From assembly GCF_006345805.1 (NCBI RefSeq), contig NC_043004.1, positions 70,494,001 to 70,558,000 on the forward strand: a DNA stretch of 64,000 nucleotides. The letters run 5' to 3'. The translations under genes were made by a program, and so were the position numbers. This DNA comes from Octopus sinensis (Eukaryota). The notes under the pieces were generated by a model. It was not told the DNA's origin. It ran no database searches and was given only the letters and a program-made list of their open reading frames with translations. The first letter of the stretch is position 1; every line of letters begins with the position of its first letter. This document shows positions 36,999-49,268 of this stretch, one piece after another.

Positions 36999-37551
36999 AT
37001 GCAGTACCAGGCAGTGGCTCTCATGGCTTCGGATCTTAACTGATTGGAAGTGTTATCATGTACATTGTTTTGTCTTGGTATAAAAGATGGGCTACAGCAA
37101 ATATTCTGCTCAATACCACAGATTTGCTTGTCAGTTGTTTGACCTTAACCAGTTGAGCATATCCCTTAGTGGCTGATGATATGTGCATCTCTGATCACGA
37201 GCAGAAGTAGTGGGGGAGCATCATAGCCATGTGTTGAGAGGGATTCTTTGGGGTTTGAATAATTCACCTCTGAAAACATGGGTGGTTCTTTCAACATCCT
37301 TAAACAACCCTTATTCAGGGACCTTTTGAGCGGGATGGGCTACTCAACCTGAAGAAAATTCTAACTGGGCCCCACCTGCAAGGTCATGTGCTGTTTAACT
37401 TGATATGAGATCACCATGTCGCGCACATTTGGTTGTGATGCATGTGCCTGGTGTACCCTTATCAGACGGGTAGTCATGATGGGTATATTGGGCTTCGTAT
37501 ATTTTACCCCAGTGTCACTTTGATGGCATGAACTGCTCTCTCAACTCTCTC
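36999..37551 (+). mobile_element. Unclassified ~550-bp non-coding element flanked by (TAA)n on both sides
   Basis: (AAT)n at 36942-36998 and (TAA)n at 37552-37620; second copy at 23738-24186. Confidence 0.8.
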
Positions 37552-37603
<52 letters not shown>

Positions 37604-37674
37604 TATAATAATAATAATAATTGTCATCATCATCGTCATCATCATCATCATCATCATCATCACTATCATCATCA

Positions 37675-37850
37675 GTCAACATCTGCTTTCCATGCTGGCA
37701 TGGGTTGGACAGTTTGACATGGGGCTGGCTAGCAGGGAGCTGCCCAGACTCTAATTGTCTGTTGTGGCGTAGTATCCATGGCTTGATGCCCTTCTTAATG
37801 CCAACCACTTAACAAAGTGTGCTGGGTGTGTTTTATGTGCTGGTGGCACA
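37675..37850 (-). mobile_element. RTE LINE 3'UTR fragment
   Basis: Tail match. Confidence 0.7.
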
Positions 37851-38315
37851 TGTTAAAATGAATAAATTATTCCTCTCCCCACAAAAAAAATATGCTTTGT
37901 GCATTACAAAAACAATACTATTCTAGGAGAGTGTTGAACAGCATATGGCTAGATGTTTCATCAGTTACCAAATATTGTAAGTACTACTAATTAAGCTTAT
38001 AGCCAGGCTAGTGAAACTGGCAGTAATTGATTTGCTTTGAAACTTTGTTCCATATCAATGCATATATTTACTCCATGGATGCATTTTCTCTTTTTATTAT
38101 TTTATGTTATAACTTATGATAAATTTACTGTTCTATCCAGAAACCACATGATGGGATTTTTCAGTCATAATTGTCCTAAAACTGAATGACTGGCAATATA
38201 TCAAGTCCAGTAGAGTGCTCTTCATAAATAAGGCCTACAGCACAAGCATGGAAGGTTATCCCTTTGATCATTAGGTAAAACAAAATACATGAAAAACCTC
38301 CATCAAATACATATC

Positions 38316-38534
38316 TGTTTCTTTATTACCCACAAGGGGCTAAACATAGAGGGGACAAACGGATTAAGTCGATTACATCGACCCCCAGTGTGTAACTGGT
38401 ACTTATTTAATCAACCCTGAAAGGATGAAAGGCAAAGTCAACCTTGGCGGAATTTGAACTCAGAACGTAACGGCAGACGAAATACGGCTATGCATTTCGC
38501 CTGGTGTGCTAACAATTCTGCCAGCTCGCCGCCT
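38316..38534 (-). mobile_element. Full-length SINE family B with a 13-bp target-site duplication
   Basis: TCAAATACATATC at 38303-38315 and 38535-38547; CpG retained. Confidence 0.9.
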
Positions 38535-38559
38535 TCAAATACATATCATTTATAAAGAC

Positions 38560-39375
38560 TTTTAGAGAAAATGGAGCGCATTACTAAGCACATGCGATGG
38601 AAGGCTTTCTTCTTTGAAACCAAAAATATTCTCATATCTATAGAACAGAATAACATATAAAATAAGGACTAGTTCCTCAAAAGTACCGACTTCGAAATTT
38701 TTGAAGCTGACCTGTTACACCTTGCAACTAACATGAAATTCAGAACATACCAAGAATTGATATATAAAAGAGTAATGAATAGCTCTAACTCTCACGTATT
38801 CTCAAACAAAAGTAGTTACCTGTCTGAAATAGGCTTCTCCAAATATAAGCAAGTACGAAATATCAATATTGACACAAAATAGAATTATAATGATATTAGT
38901 ACCAAGGCTACAGACATAACTATGAAAATAAGATTAGATAAGCAAGCCAAACAAGAAGCTTACATTACCATTAAGGATCACAATGATGATTTTAACATTA
39001 AAACACTAAATATAGACTAATTAACCTAGAAGAGACAGAAGTAGAATTAATTAGTAAGAAGATTATAAAGAAGATTAATGATAAAAATTAGGAAAGTGAT
39101 CAATTTACAACAGCAGACGAGTAATAGTAACATATTAATAGATTGGGTCAAAAAGGTTACAAATAAAATGAATTCTAGATTTATATGATTTGATATTATC
39201 AGCTTCTACACATCTATAGACCTTTCTTGTCTTAAAAAGGCAATAGAATACACAGAAAGATATTGTGATATTGATGGGATTGACCTAGAGATAATCTTTC
39301 ATGCTATGAGGCTTTGCTATTTGATAAAGACTTTCCCTAGGAGAAGAAATCTGATACTACAGTTACCTTTGATGA
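38560..39375 (+). pseudogene. Decayed Penelope-like element reverse-transcriptase ORF fragment
   Basis: Motifs KHMRWKAFFF, AYITIKDHNDDF, YRLINL, FDIISFYTSI and ALLFDK..KKSD..TFD, read across frameshifts and stops. Confidence 0.8.
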
Positions 39376-39377
39376 TG

Positions 39378-39530
39378 GTATGCATGAGAAACATGGACTA
39401 CCAACAAGAGCATTGAAACTAAATTAAGATCAACACAAAGAGACCATAGAAAGGAGAATGCTGAAGATTAACAAAACGGATAAGTGGAGAAACAACAGGA
39501 TAAGAGTGGCAACAGATTTAACAGATATTA
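39378..39530 (+). pseudogene. RTE LINE post-RT fragment
   Basis: ETWTTNKSIETKLRSTQR / TIERRMLKINKTDKWRNNRIR matches the RTE motif ETWT...QRxMERRML...D..RN..IR. Confidence 0.75.
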
Positions 39531-39567
39531 TCTGGAATATATGAGTGTGTGTGTATGTGTGCACGCA

Positions 39568-39604
<37 letters not shown>

Positions 39605-39624
39605 TATATATATATATATATATA

Positions 39625-39840
39625 CACACTGTGTGTTTGTGTGTCTGTGTTTGTCTCCCCAACATCGCTTGACAACCGATGCTGGTGTATTTACGTCCCC
39701 GTAACTTAGCGGCTCAGCAAAAGACACTGATAGAATAAGTACTAGGCTTGCAAAGAATAAGTTCTGGGGTCAATTTGCCCGACTAAAGGCGGTGCTCCAG
39801 CATGGCCACAGTCAAATGACTGAAACATGTAAAAGAGTAA
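39625..39840 (+). mobile_element. SINE family A, 3' half
   Basis: Consensus match. Confidence 0.8.
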
Positions 39841-39936
39841 TATTATTTCTTCAAAAACATGTGACATAAACCTGAAAAAAATTTTGAGAAAGTCAGAACT
39901 GAAAAAATTACAGATAAAGGGGGAGAGCACCACACA

Positions 39937-39967
<31 letters not shown>

Positions 39968-40422
39968 GTACACAATAAGTAGATAAAAAAATGAAATTTT
40001 ATTGCATATTCATAATGCACAATACTTAAAAAATTTATCATTTTTGGTGCTCTAGTTAATTTTTGATTCTATTCTTCAGAAAATCCTAATTGGATATAAT
40101 GTCTTGAGACAGACTACTCCAGAAGAAAGAACAGCGTGGTCATGCCTGGACTGGTCTTTGATCAAAGGTATGTGTACCTACCATATCAGGCTGACCTAGG
40201 TCTAAATGACTACTACTACTACTACTACTACCGATACTGCTGATGGTACTACTACCAATACTGCTTCTGTTTCTAATGCTGCTACTACTACTACTGTGTC
40301 AACAGGAATCTATACCCCAGGCAGAAATGAATGAAGGATAATTATATATTTAGTTAAATAAGAGAACATCTTTAACTAACAAATGTTTGTATATGCATAT
40401 AGGTATATATGGACGTGTGCAT

Positions 40423-40648
40423 ATGTGAGAGCATGTGTGTGTGAGTGTATATATATGTGAGAGCATGTGTGTGTGAGTGTATATATATGTGAGAGCATGT
40501 GTGTGTGAGTGTATATATATGTGAGAGCATGTGTGTGTGAGTGTATATATATGTGAGAGCATGTGTGTGTGAGTGTATATATATGTGAGAGCATGTGTGT
40601 GTGAGAGCATGTGTGTGTGAGTGTATATATATGTGTGTGTGTGAGTGT
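40423..40648. repeat. 32-bp minisatellite atgtgagagcatgtgtgtgtgagtgtatatat, ~6.5 copies
   Basis: Read directly. Confidence 0.9.
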
Positions 40649-41701
40649 GTACATGGCGTTTGTGTGTGTGTCTCGTGTGTGCATGCAGATGTGAAGCCAA
40701 CCTCCTAAACATGTCGATTCCTTGTTTTCGAAGATTGATTTGTAGCTACCAGCAATTCATCACTTGACTAACTTCTTCAATAATAACAAGTAAACCACAA
40801 ACAAAGTTTGTGGATTTCTATCACAGTATATCCATCAAGAATGATCTAATATATGTTATATATCACATATGACATAATACATACACACGCATAAACATAT
40901 GAAAACATATATACCCACATATATAAAGTCTAACAGGATATATAATATACTATACATATACTATATATAATCATATACTACACATGTATATACACGATGT
41001 AATGTATATAACAATGTATGTATGTATGTATAACAGGATATCAAATAATATAACAGAAACTAGACATTTGTAACATAGCATAAATATAATATATTGTTTA
41101 TATAACTCTATACAATATTTACTGTATATATGATATAACAGTGTAAAACAATATGTATAAACTATCTAAAATATTTTAAACAAAAACAGTTTTTATCAGC
41201 TTCATTATAAAATGTTTGTTAAAGCTATAGCTGTAAGTCTATATACAAATTTCATCTCATACATTTAAGTCAGTCCAACAATTAATATTGTGAGTATATA
41301 TATATGTATATATACATACATATGCACACAAACACACACACACACACACACACGCACATATATATACATGTTGTTGTTTGTTCCTTCTCAAGCCATGCCC
41401 GGCTCATAAGGGCTGGTTTCCCGGTTTCATTGGCATATAGGTTCCCCACATGGACGGGACGCCAGTCCATCGCAGATGTATATACACACTACACACATAT
41501 ATTTGTATGTATATATTGTATATATATATATGTATGTATGTATATGTGTATATTTGTATGTATATACACACATACATGCATACATATATATATGTGTGTG
41601 TGTGTGTGTGTATACATATGTATGTATATATATACATACAAATACATATATATATATACACATACATACATACACATATATACATACATATATATATTTA
41701 C

Positions 41702-41735
<34 letters not shown>

Positions 41736-42031
41736 ATGTGTGTGTGTGTATATATGTATGTATGTATAAATATGTATATTTATGCTGTTAGTGGATCATA
41801 TATCTGGAAAAGAAACACACTCTAGAGCGGGAAAACGTTAGAGCAGCAATGTATTTAGAGGAAGTTAATTACATGACTGGTCATAGTATGACCAATGGAT
41901 TTTCATCCATAAAGCGCTTCGGAGCCTGGTACAGCTGTTGGCTCTCCAGATCTCAGTCAAATCTTCCAACCCATACCAGAATTGAAAACGGACATTAATC
42001 AGGGCTGATGATGATGATGATGATGATGATG

Positions 42032-42089
<58 letters not shown>

Positions 42090-43289
42090 ATGCATATATA
42101 TATATGTAAGTATGCATGTATATATTATAAGTGACATAATATATATTCAATATATAATATTGTATATTATTTTGGGTATGAAACCTAGCAGTCAAAGTTT
42201 GTATGATGATGTGTATTTAGTTCTTTAGTTTGTCTTGGCTATCACAACTAAATCCATGCTGGAGCAACACCATGATCATTAAATGTTTGTTTGTATTTTT
42301 TAAAATAAAACAAAGAAGTGAAAAAAAAATATAATTTAAAGAACAAAGAAAAGATACAAGAAAAGATTTCTTCAAAAATGTTAAGAAAATAACTTACACA
42401 TCTTTCCTCATTCAAACAAGCCCAAGAAGAATAAGAAGAATATGATGTTGATGGTGATAATGAAGAGGGAAGAGATAAAGGAGAAGGGGGAAGATGACGA
42501 AGAGGAAGTTGAGACAAGTAGAAAAGGAGAAAATCACAAAATAGATAGAATCCTTACAGAGTTAAAGAAACTGAAATGCTACTGATGTTAAATGCTATAA
42601 CTAATCCAAAGATGAAGTGAAAAGAAGAATAAAAAATAAAAAGAAGAAATAGCATGAAAAGGAATAAAAAAAAGTAAATAAATAGTAGTGAAATAAAAAC
42701 AAAAATAAAAAGGAGCCAGCTGGTTTGTCTTTGACTGGTACATTCTAAAAACTGCCTCCTCTACACATACACACACATACACATGCATACAGCACCCGCA
42801 TTCAACACACACACAGACACAACACACACACACACACACACACTGATGTATTCATTGACAGACATGTCTCACACAATGTCAGACAGACATGAGTTATAAG
42901 ACACCCTCCACCACCACAAACCCCACAGAACTAACCCTCTCCCCCCAAAACACACACTTCCATCTTCCCTGCTCCTTGCATGAAAATGATAACTGACAAT
43001 ATTCAGAGCAATGAGCCAATGAGGATGGTCCTCTATATAGCCACTAGATCTGCATGAAATAGCAGCCAAATCCTGTTTATATCATACCTCAGAGTCTTAA
43101 ATTACGAAAGGACTCAAGGACACATTGGTTAACATAATCTAAGGTACACTGCTTCAAATATAAACAGAATGGCCACGGTCAGCTGGTACATTCTTTGATC
43201 ATTGGACTACTCATTTCAGATCTCACCTTGGGCTAAACAGCAACAACATACAGGGCCACAGGCATTGGGGTTTATTATGTATGTACATA

Positions 43290-43630
43290 TTCTTTTATTC
43301 TTTTACTTCTACAAGGCATTTGACTATGGCCATACTGGAGCACCACCTCGAAGGGTTTTAGTCAAACGAATTGACCTCAGGACTGACTTATTTTTTTAAA
43401 CCTAGTACTTATTCTATCAGTCTCTTTTGCTGAACTGCTAAATTACAAGGATGTAAACATACCAACACTGATTGTCAAGTGGTGATGGGGGGGACAAACA
43501 CGACACAAAGATACATACATACATGCATACATACATATATATATAGACACTTGCCCAAGGTGCCACACAGTGGGACTGAACCTGGACCCATGTGGTTGGG
43601 AAGCAAGCTTCTTACCATACAGCCATACCT
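43290..43630 (-). mobile_element. Bipartite SINE family A with an internal deletion
   Basis: Consensus match. Confidence 0.75.
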
Positions 43631-43909
43631 ATTTATTACCCTTTTTTTTTCTTGACTTAGTTTACTTTTTATACCTGAGCCTTCCCACACTTCCTGCATA
43701 AAAAGTTTAGAAAGGAGCAATGAGAAAATTTTATTGAGGTATTAAATAACAATAAAGCTGGTCAGTTCAGTCCTCATTCCAGGTTATCATTCTAGATTAC
43801 CTCTTAGGGCCTGTTTTTCACAGCAAATCTAAATATAGCTATATCTAAATATAGTGTGATTTCTACACACACACACATACACACATATATATCTATATCT
43901 ATCTATCTA

Positions 43910-43950
<41 letters not shown>

Positions 43951-44004
43951 GTATGTATAAATCAATAAATGGTGGGGTTGTGTTGACCGCACATGGAGAA
44001 ATGA

Positions 44005-44414
44005 TAGGCAAGGAAAAATTATAAAAAAGCAGAATGCTAAATTTAAGGAAAATGTTAATGAAAATGGGTGTATGGAAAATTTTGAAAAATTAATAAAATA
44101 TATATATATTAATTCAAACCAGTTTTTGACACAATGTGACTTTTCAAGAATTGTAAGGTGAAAAGAAAAAATTTTTTTGTGTTTGAGGAGGGGGAAAAAA
44201 GAAAATTACATTGTTTTTTGCAAAAAAATAATAATAAACATATACAAAAAATTTTTTCTTTTCACCTTACAATTCTTGAAAAGTCACAGTGTTACGAAAA
44301 CCGGTTTGAATTAATATATATATTATTAATTTTTCAAAATTTTCCATACACCCATTTTCATTAAAATTTTCCTTAAATTTAGCATTCTGCCTTATTATAA
44401 TTTTTCCTTGCCTA
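44005..44414. mobile_element. Foldback-type MITE with ~175-bp inverted arms and TA ends
   Basis: taggcaaggaaaaattat...ataatttttccttgccta; arms ~90% identical with a ~60-bp spacer. Confidence 0.85.
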
Positions 44415-44416
44415 AG

Positions 44417-44530
<114 letters not shown>

Positions 44531-45350
44531 CAGGATGCAGTGAATAAACTATCATCTAAATAACACAAAAATGAAAATAACACTGACATCTCATTTTAAC
44601 AGATATACTTACCAAGATTACATAAAAATATCTTGAAATATTAAAGAGTAAATATATTCAATAAAATCGCCATTGGTTTCAACCACAGCCTCCAGATGAC
44701 TTCAGAGTCCCTTGTAACTCTTCTGGATGGTCTTTTTGTTTAAGTTGGCGAATTCTGTCATAATCCTTGCCCTCAGTTCATCTTTCATGTTGCAGGGAGT
44801 GTTGTTGGTCTCTCACTCAACTGCACCCCACACATAATAATCAGAGAGGTTGCAGTCTGAGGAGTTAGGTGAACAGATGTTAGGAGTGATGTGGTCGCAG
44901 AAATTATCTGTCAGCCATGACTGGATTCTCCTGCTTGTGTGGCATGGTGCAGGGTCCTGTTGCCAGACATAGGTTCTTTCAGAAGCTACCCTTTTGACCC
45001 AGGGCAGCACTACCTCCTCCAGGCACTTGATGTAGGCCTCCGTGTTGAGTCTGAGGCCACGTGGGAAGATGAATGGAGGCATAATGTCACCATCATTAGT
45101 GATCATTTCAAATACCATGATGTTGACTGGATGCTTGATTTTTATCATTCTCAGTACATGTCCTCATATTGCACTGTTCTCAGATTGACACCCAAACACT
45201 GAAACGTTTGCATTGTAGTTTCCAGCACAAATGCCAGGAAGTACAGCATGTTGTTTCCAAATTTCTGGCTGAGTGAATTGTGACAATGGTGTTGTTTTCC
45301 TCACAGATGGTGCCCAACTGATCCTACTATACTATGTAGTCAACAAAATC
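44531..45350 (-). mobile_element. Internally deleted DD37D (maT-type) transposon
   Basis: QQDPAPCH...CNLSDYYVW with 37 residues between the two Ds; N-terminal CLGVNLRTVQ at ~45170-45210 fused directly to the catalytic domain; one TIR TA-CAGGATGCAGTGAATAAAC at 44531. Confidence 0.88.
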
Positions 45351-45554
45351 AAAATGCTTGGCATTGTGATTGGCACGAACTGATTAGATTTTAGGATCGA
45401 TCCAGTACTAGGCAAGGATTCTGAACTATTTTTTCTTCTTTTTTTTACTTAATTTTTGTGAGCAGTTGGGTTTCTCGTTTGTAAGAGCAGTCAAGTTTAT
45501 TTCAGATATTCTCATTTTAACTTTTTAAAAATCATCTCTGGCTAATCGTTGGTG

Positions 45555-46260
45555 TGCTGGCAGAATTGTTAGCATGCCAAGCGAAATGCTTAGTAGTATT
45601 TTGCCGTCACTCCATTCTGACTTCAAATTCTGCCGAGGTTGACTTTGCCTTTCATCCTTTCAGGAGTGATGAATTAAGTACCAGTGAAACATAGAGGCCA
45701 ATGCAATCGACTCATCCCTTCCCCCAAAATGGCTGCCCTTGAGGCAAAATTTGAAACCATCATTATTGTCGTCATCGTCGTCGTCGTCGTCATCATCATC
45801 ATTGGCAAAATCATTTACGTGCAGGACAAAATTCTTAGTGGCATTTTGTCTGTATTTATATTCCAAGTTCTAATTCCACCAAAGTTGACTTTTCCTTTCA
45901 TCCTTTTAGGGTCAATAAAATAAGTACCAGTTTTTTTTTACTGGAGTCAATGTAATCAACTACCCCCATCCCCTAGAATTTCAAGCCCTATTATTATCGC
46001 CCTGGTGGCAAATAAATGAAATCATTATTATTATTGTTCATGAAAGTAAGGCAGTGAACTGACAGAATCATTAGCACGCCAGGTAAAATGCTTAGTGGCA
46101 TTTCATCTGCTGCAATGTTCTGGGTTCAAATTCTGCCGAGATCAACTTTGCCCTTCATCCTTTCATGGTCAATAAATTAAGTACAAATGCAACACTGGGA
46201 TCAATGAAATCGACTATCCCTTTCCCCAAATTTCAGGCCCTGTGCCTATAGTAGAAAGGG
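45555..46260 (+). mobile_element. Cluster of three head-to-tail SINE family B copies
   Basis: Copies at ~45555-45760, ~45820-45990 and ~46045-46260. Confidence 0.8.
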
Positions 46261-46980
46261 TTATTATTCATGAAAGTATGGTGTGATGTGAGGGAGATCA
46301 GGTAGCTACTTTTAGCATGTCAGGCAACTATGAACAGGCTCCCTCATTACATGAGGTTAGCTGTCAATACTTTGGTAATTAATTTAGCTTTACTCTTAGC
46401 TAACGAACCCCAAGCCCAACCCAAGCTTGTTCAGACAACAGCAAGACCAGACAATCAACCAAGCAAGGGAAGCCAGCCAACCATAAATCTTCACAGTGGA
46501 TTGGTCAGGCAGCATGGAAGGAGGAGGAGGAGGAAGTAAGCCCTAAAAAGGGTAAGTTACAGTTGCATATACCCCATCCCATTCCAACCCATTGTAACAA
46601 AGAAAAAATATAAAAATCAAATAAAGAATTTGATGTGGGAGGAAGAGATGAAGGGAAAGTTGGTGGCGTGGGGGTAAGAAAGTTGAGATTGTTTCTGTTT
46701 GGTGTTCTGTTTTTTTTTTATGTTTTGTTATTTTTATTTTTGGTTTGATATTTTCTGTTTTGTTGATTTTTGTTTTTGTGTATGTAGGAACAGAAAGGTG
46801 GATTTTCCCCAAATAGTTGGTTTTCCCCCCCAATAAAAAGTGAAACATTTTTTAAAAATCATAACGGAAAGATTATTAAGTATTGTTTCAGTTAAAATTA
46901 AGGAAAATAATTAACAAAATTAAATGAAAAATATTTTTAATATATAAAAAAGAAATAAAGTGAAATGAAAAGAAAATAAG

Positions 46981-47394
46981 GTACTACTACCACAAACAAG
47001 ACCGCTACCACCACCACGACCGCTACCACCAACACGACCACTACCACCAGCACTACTACACCTACCAACAATACTAATACAACTAACAACAGCACTAACA
47101 CTAATACTACTGTTCACCAGAAACAAAACTACTACCACCACCACAACAACAATCAATACAAGTACCATCACCAAGAACAACATCAACACTACCACTACTA
47201 CCTCCAAAACTTTCAACACTACCACCAACATTACCACAAACACTACCACCAACAACAACAACAGTACTACTACCAACACTATCACCGCCACCAACAGCAA
47301 CAGTACCACCACTATCTCCAACACCTTAAACAACACTGCCAACAACAACACTATTATTACTACCTCCAACACTATAAACAACACTGCCAACACT

Positions 47395-47425
<31 letters not shown>

Positions 47426-47485
47426 GTACTGCTACCAAGACCAACACTAACAACAGACAGCAACACTACCACCACCACCACCACC
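46981..47485. repeat. Degenerate (ACC/AAC/ACT)n tract
   Basis: Read directly. Confidence 0.9.
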
Positions 47486-47779
47486 CACTTCAACAGTTTC
47501 ATTCCCCGGTCCCTTCTGCACCCTACCATGCCCACCACCACCTCCCAATTTCTGATTTATCCACAATCACTATGAGTCAATACCAAAAGTCTGTTACACT
47601 TGATACTTCTCAGCCATTTGAAACCAGTGGAGTTAGACCTGGATTTCGGCTGCTGCTGCTGCTGCTCCTGTTGTTGTTTGGGTAGTTGTTGCTGTTAACA
47701 TTGTTGCTGTCATTGTTCGTGCTGTTCCTATTCTGCTTGTTGTTGGTATTGATCTTGTTGTTGATGCTGTTGTAAATGT

Positions 47780-48930
47780 TGTCACTGGAGGTGTTGTTAG
47801 AGTTATTGTTGTTAGTATAGTTGTTGTTGTTGTTGTTGTGTTGTTGCTAATCATGTTGGTAGAATTATTGTTGTTAGTATAGTTGTTGTTGTTGTTGTTA
47901 ATCATGTTGGTAGAATTATTGTTGTTAGTATAGTTGTTGTTGTTGTTGTTAATCATGTTGGTAGAATTATTGTTGTTAGTATAGTTGTTGTTGTTGTTGT
48001 TAATCATGTTGGCAGAATTATGTTGTTAGTTATAGTTGTTGTTGTTGTTGTTAATCATGTTGGTAGAATTATTGTTGTTAGTATAGTTGTTGTTGTTGTT
48101 GTTAATCATGTTGGTAGAATTATTGTTGTTAGTATAGTTGTTGTTGTTGTTGCTAATCATGTTGGTAGAATTATTGTTGTTAGTATAGTTGTTGTTGTTG
48201 TTGTTGTTGTTGTTGCTAATCATGTTGGTAGAATTATTGTTGTTAGTATAGTTGTTGTTGTTGTTGTTAATCATGTTGGTAGAATTATTGTTGTTAGTAT
48301 AGTTGTTGTTGTTGTTGTTGCTAATCATGTTGGTAGAATTATTGTTGTTAGTATAGTTGTTGTTGTTGTTGTTATCATGTTGGTAGAATTATTGTTGTTA
48401 GTATAGTTGTTGTTGTTGTTGTTGTTGCTAATCATGTTGGTAGAATTATTGTTGTTAGTATAGTTGTTGTTGTTGTTGCTAATCATGTTGGTAGAATTAT
48501 TTGTTAGTATAGTGTTGTTGTTGTTGTTGTTGTTGTTGTTGTAATCATGTTGGTTAGAATTATTGTTGTTAGTATGTTGTTGTTGTTGTTGCTAATCATG
48601 TTGGTAGAATTATTGTTGTTAGTATAGTTGTTGTTGTTGTTGTTGTTGTTAATCATGTTGGTAGAATTATTGTTGTTAGTATAGTTGTTGTTGTTTTTTG
48701 TTGTTGTTGCTAATCATGTTGGTAGAATTATTGTTGTTAGTATAGTTGTTGTTGTTGTTGCTAATCATGTTGGTAGAATTATTGTTGTTAGTATAGTTGT
48801 TGTTGTTGTTGCTAATCATGTTGGTAGAATTATTGTTGTTAGTATAGTTGTTGTTGTTGTTGCTAATCATGTTGGTAGAATTATTGTTGTTAGTATAGTT
48901 GTTGTTGTTGTTGCTAATCATGTTGGTAGT
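47780..48930. repeat. 51-bp minisatellite (~21 copies) with a variable internal (GTT)n
   Basis: Unit aatcatgttggtagaattattgttgttagtatagttgttgttgttgttgct. Confidence 0.95.
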
Positions 48931-49019
48931 GTCATTAGCATTGTTGTTAATATTGTTGTCACTGTCACTATTGCTGTTGTTGTTGTTAGACTTCTTGTTT
49001 GTGTTATTGTTGTTGTTAT

Positions 49020-49268
49020 TGTTCTTCTTCTTTTTCTTCTTCTTCTTCTTTCCTCCTCCTCCTCATTATCATCATTATCCTTCTTCTTATCCTCCTTCTT
49101 CTTCTTCTTCTTCTCCTTCTTCTTCTTCTCCTTCTTCTTCTTCTTCTCCTTCTTCTTTTTCTTCTCCTTCTTCTTCTTCTCCTCCTCCTCCTCCTTCTCC
49201 TTCTTCTTCTTCTTCTTCTTCTTCTCCTTCTTCTTCTTCTTCTTCTTCTCCTTCTTCTTCTTCTTCTT
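49020..49268. repeat. (CTT/CCT)n tract
   Basis: Read directly. Confidence 0.95.

Noticed and set aside
37173-37215. Hammerhead in the 550-bp element (CTGATGA here, CTGACGA in the other copy)
   Set aside because: No stem II followed by GAAA in either copy
40080-40167. 88-nt exon KILIGYNVLRQTTPEERTAWSCLDWSLIK with strong splice sites
   Set aside because: Its 3' half is the reverse complement of a dispersed repeat seen at ~6650, ~25220 and ~34630; exonisation cannot be excluded but is unsupported
43088-43138. 51-nt - strand exon with a strong donor
   Set aside because: Stops occur in all three frames
47780-48930. CRISPR-like array
   Set aside because: The units are contiguous with no unique spacers, there are no cas genes, and the context is eukaryotic
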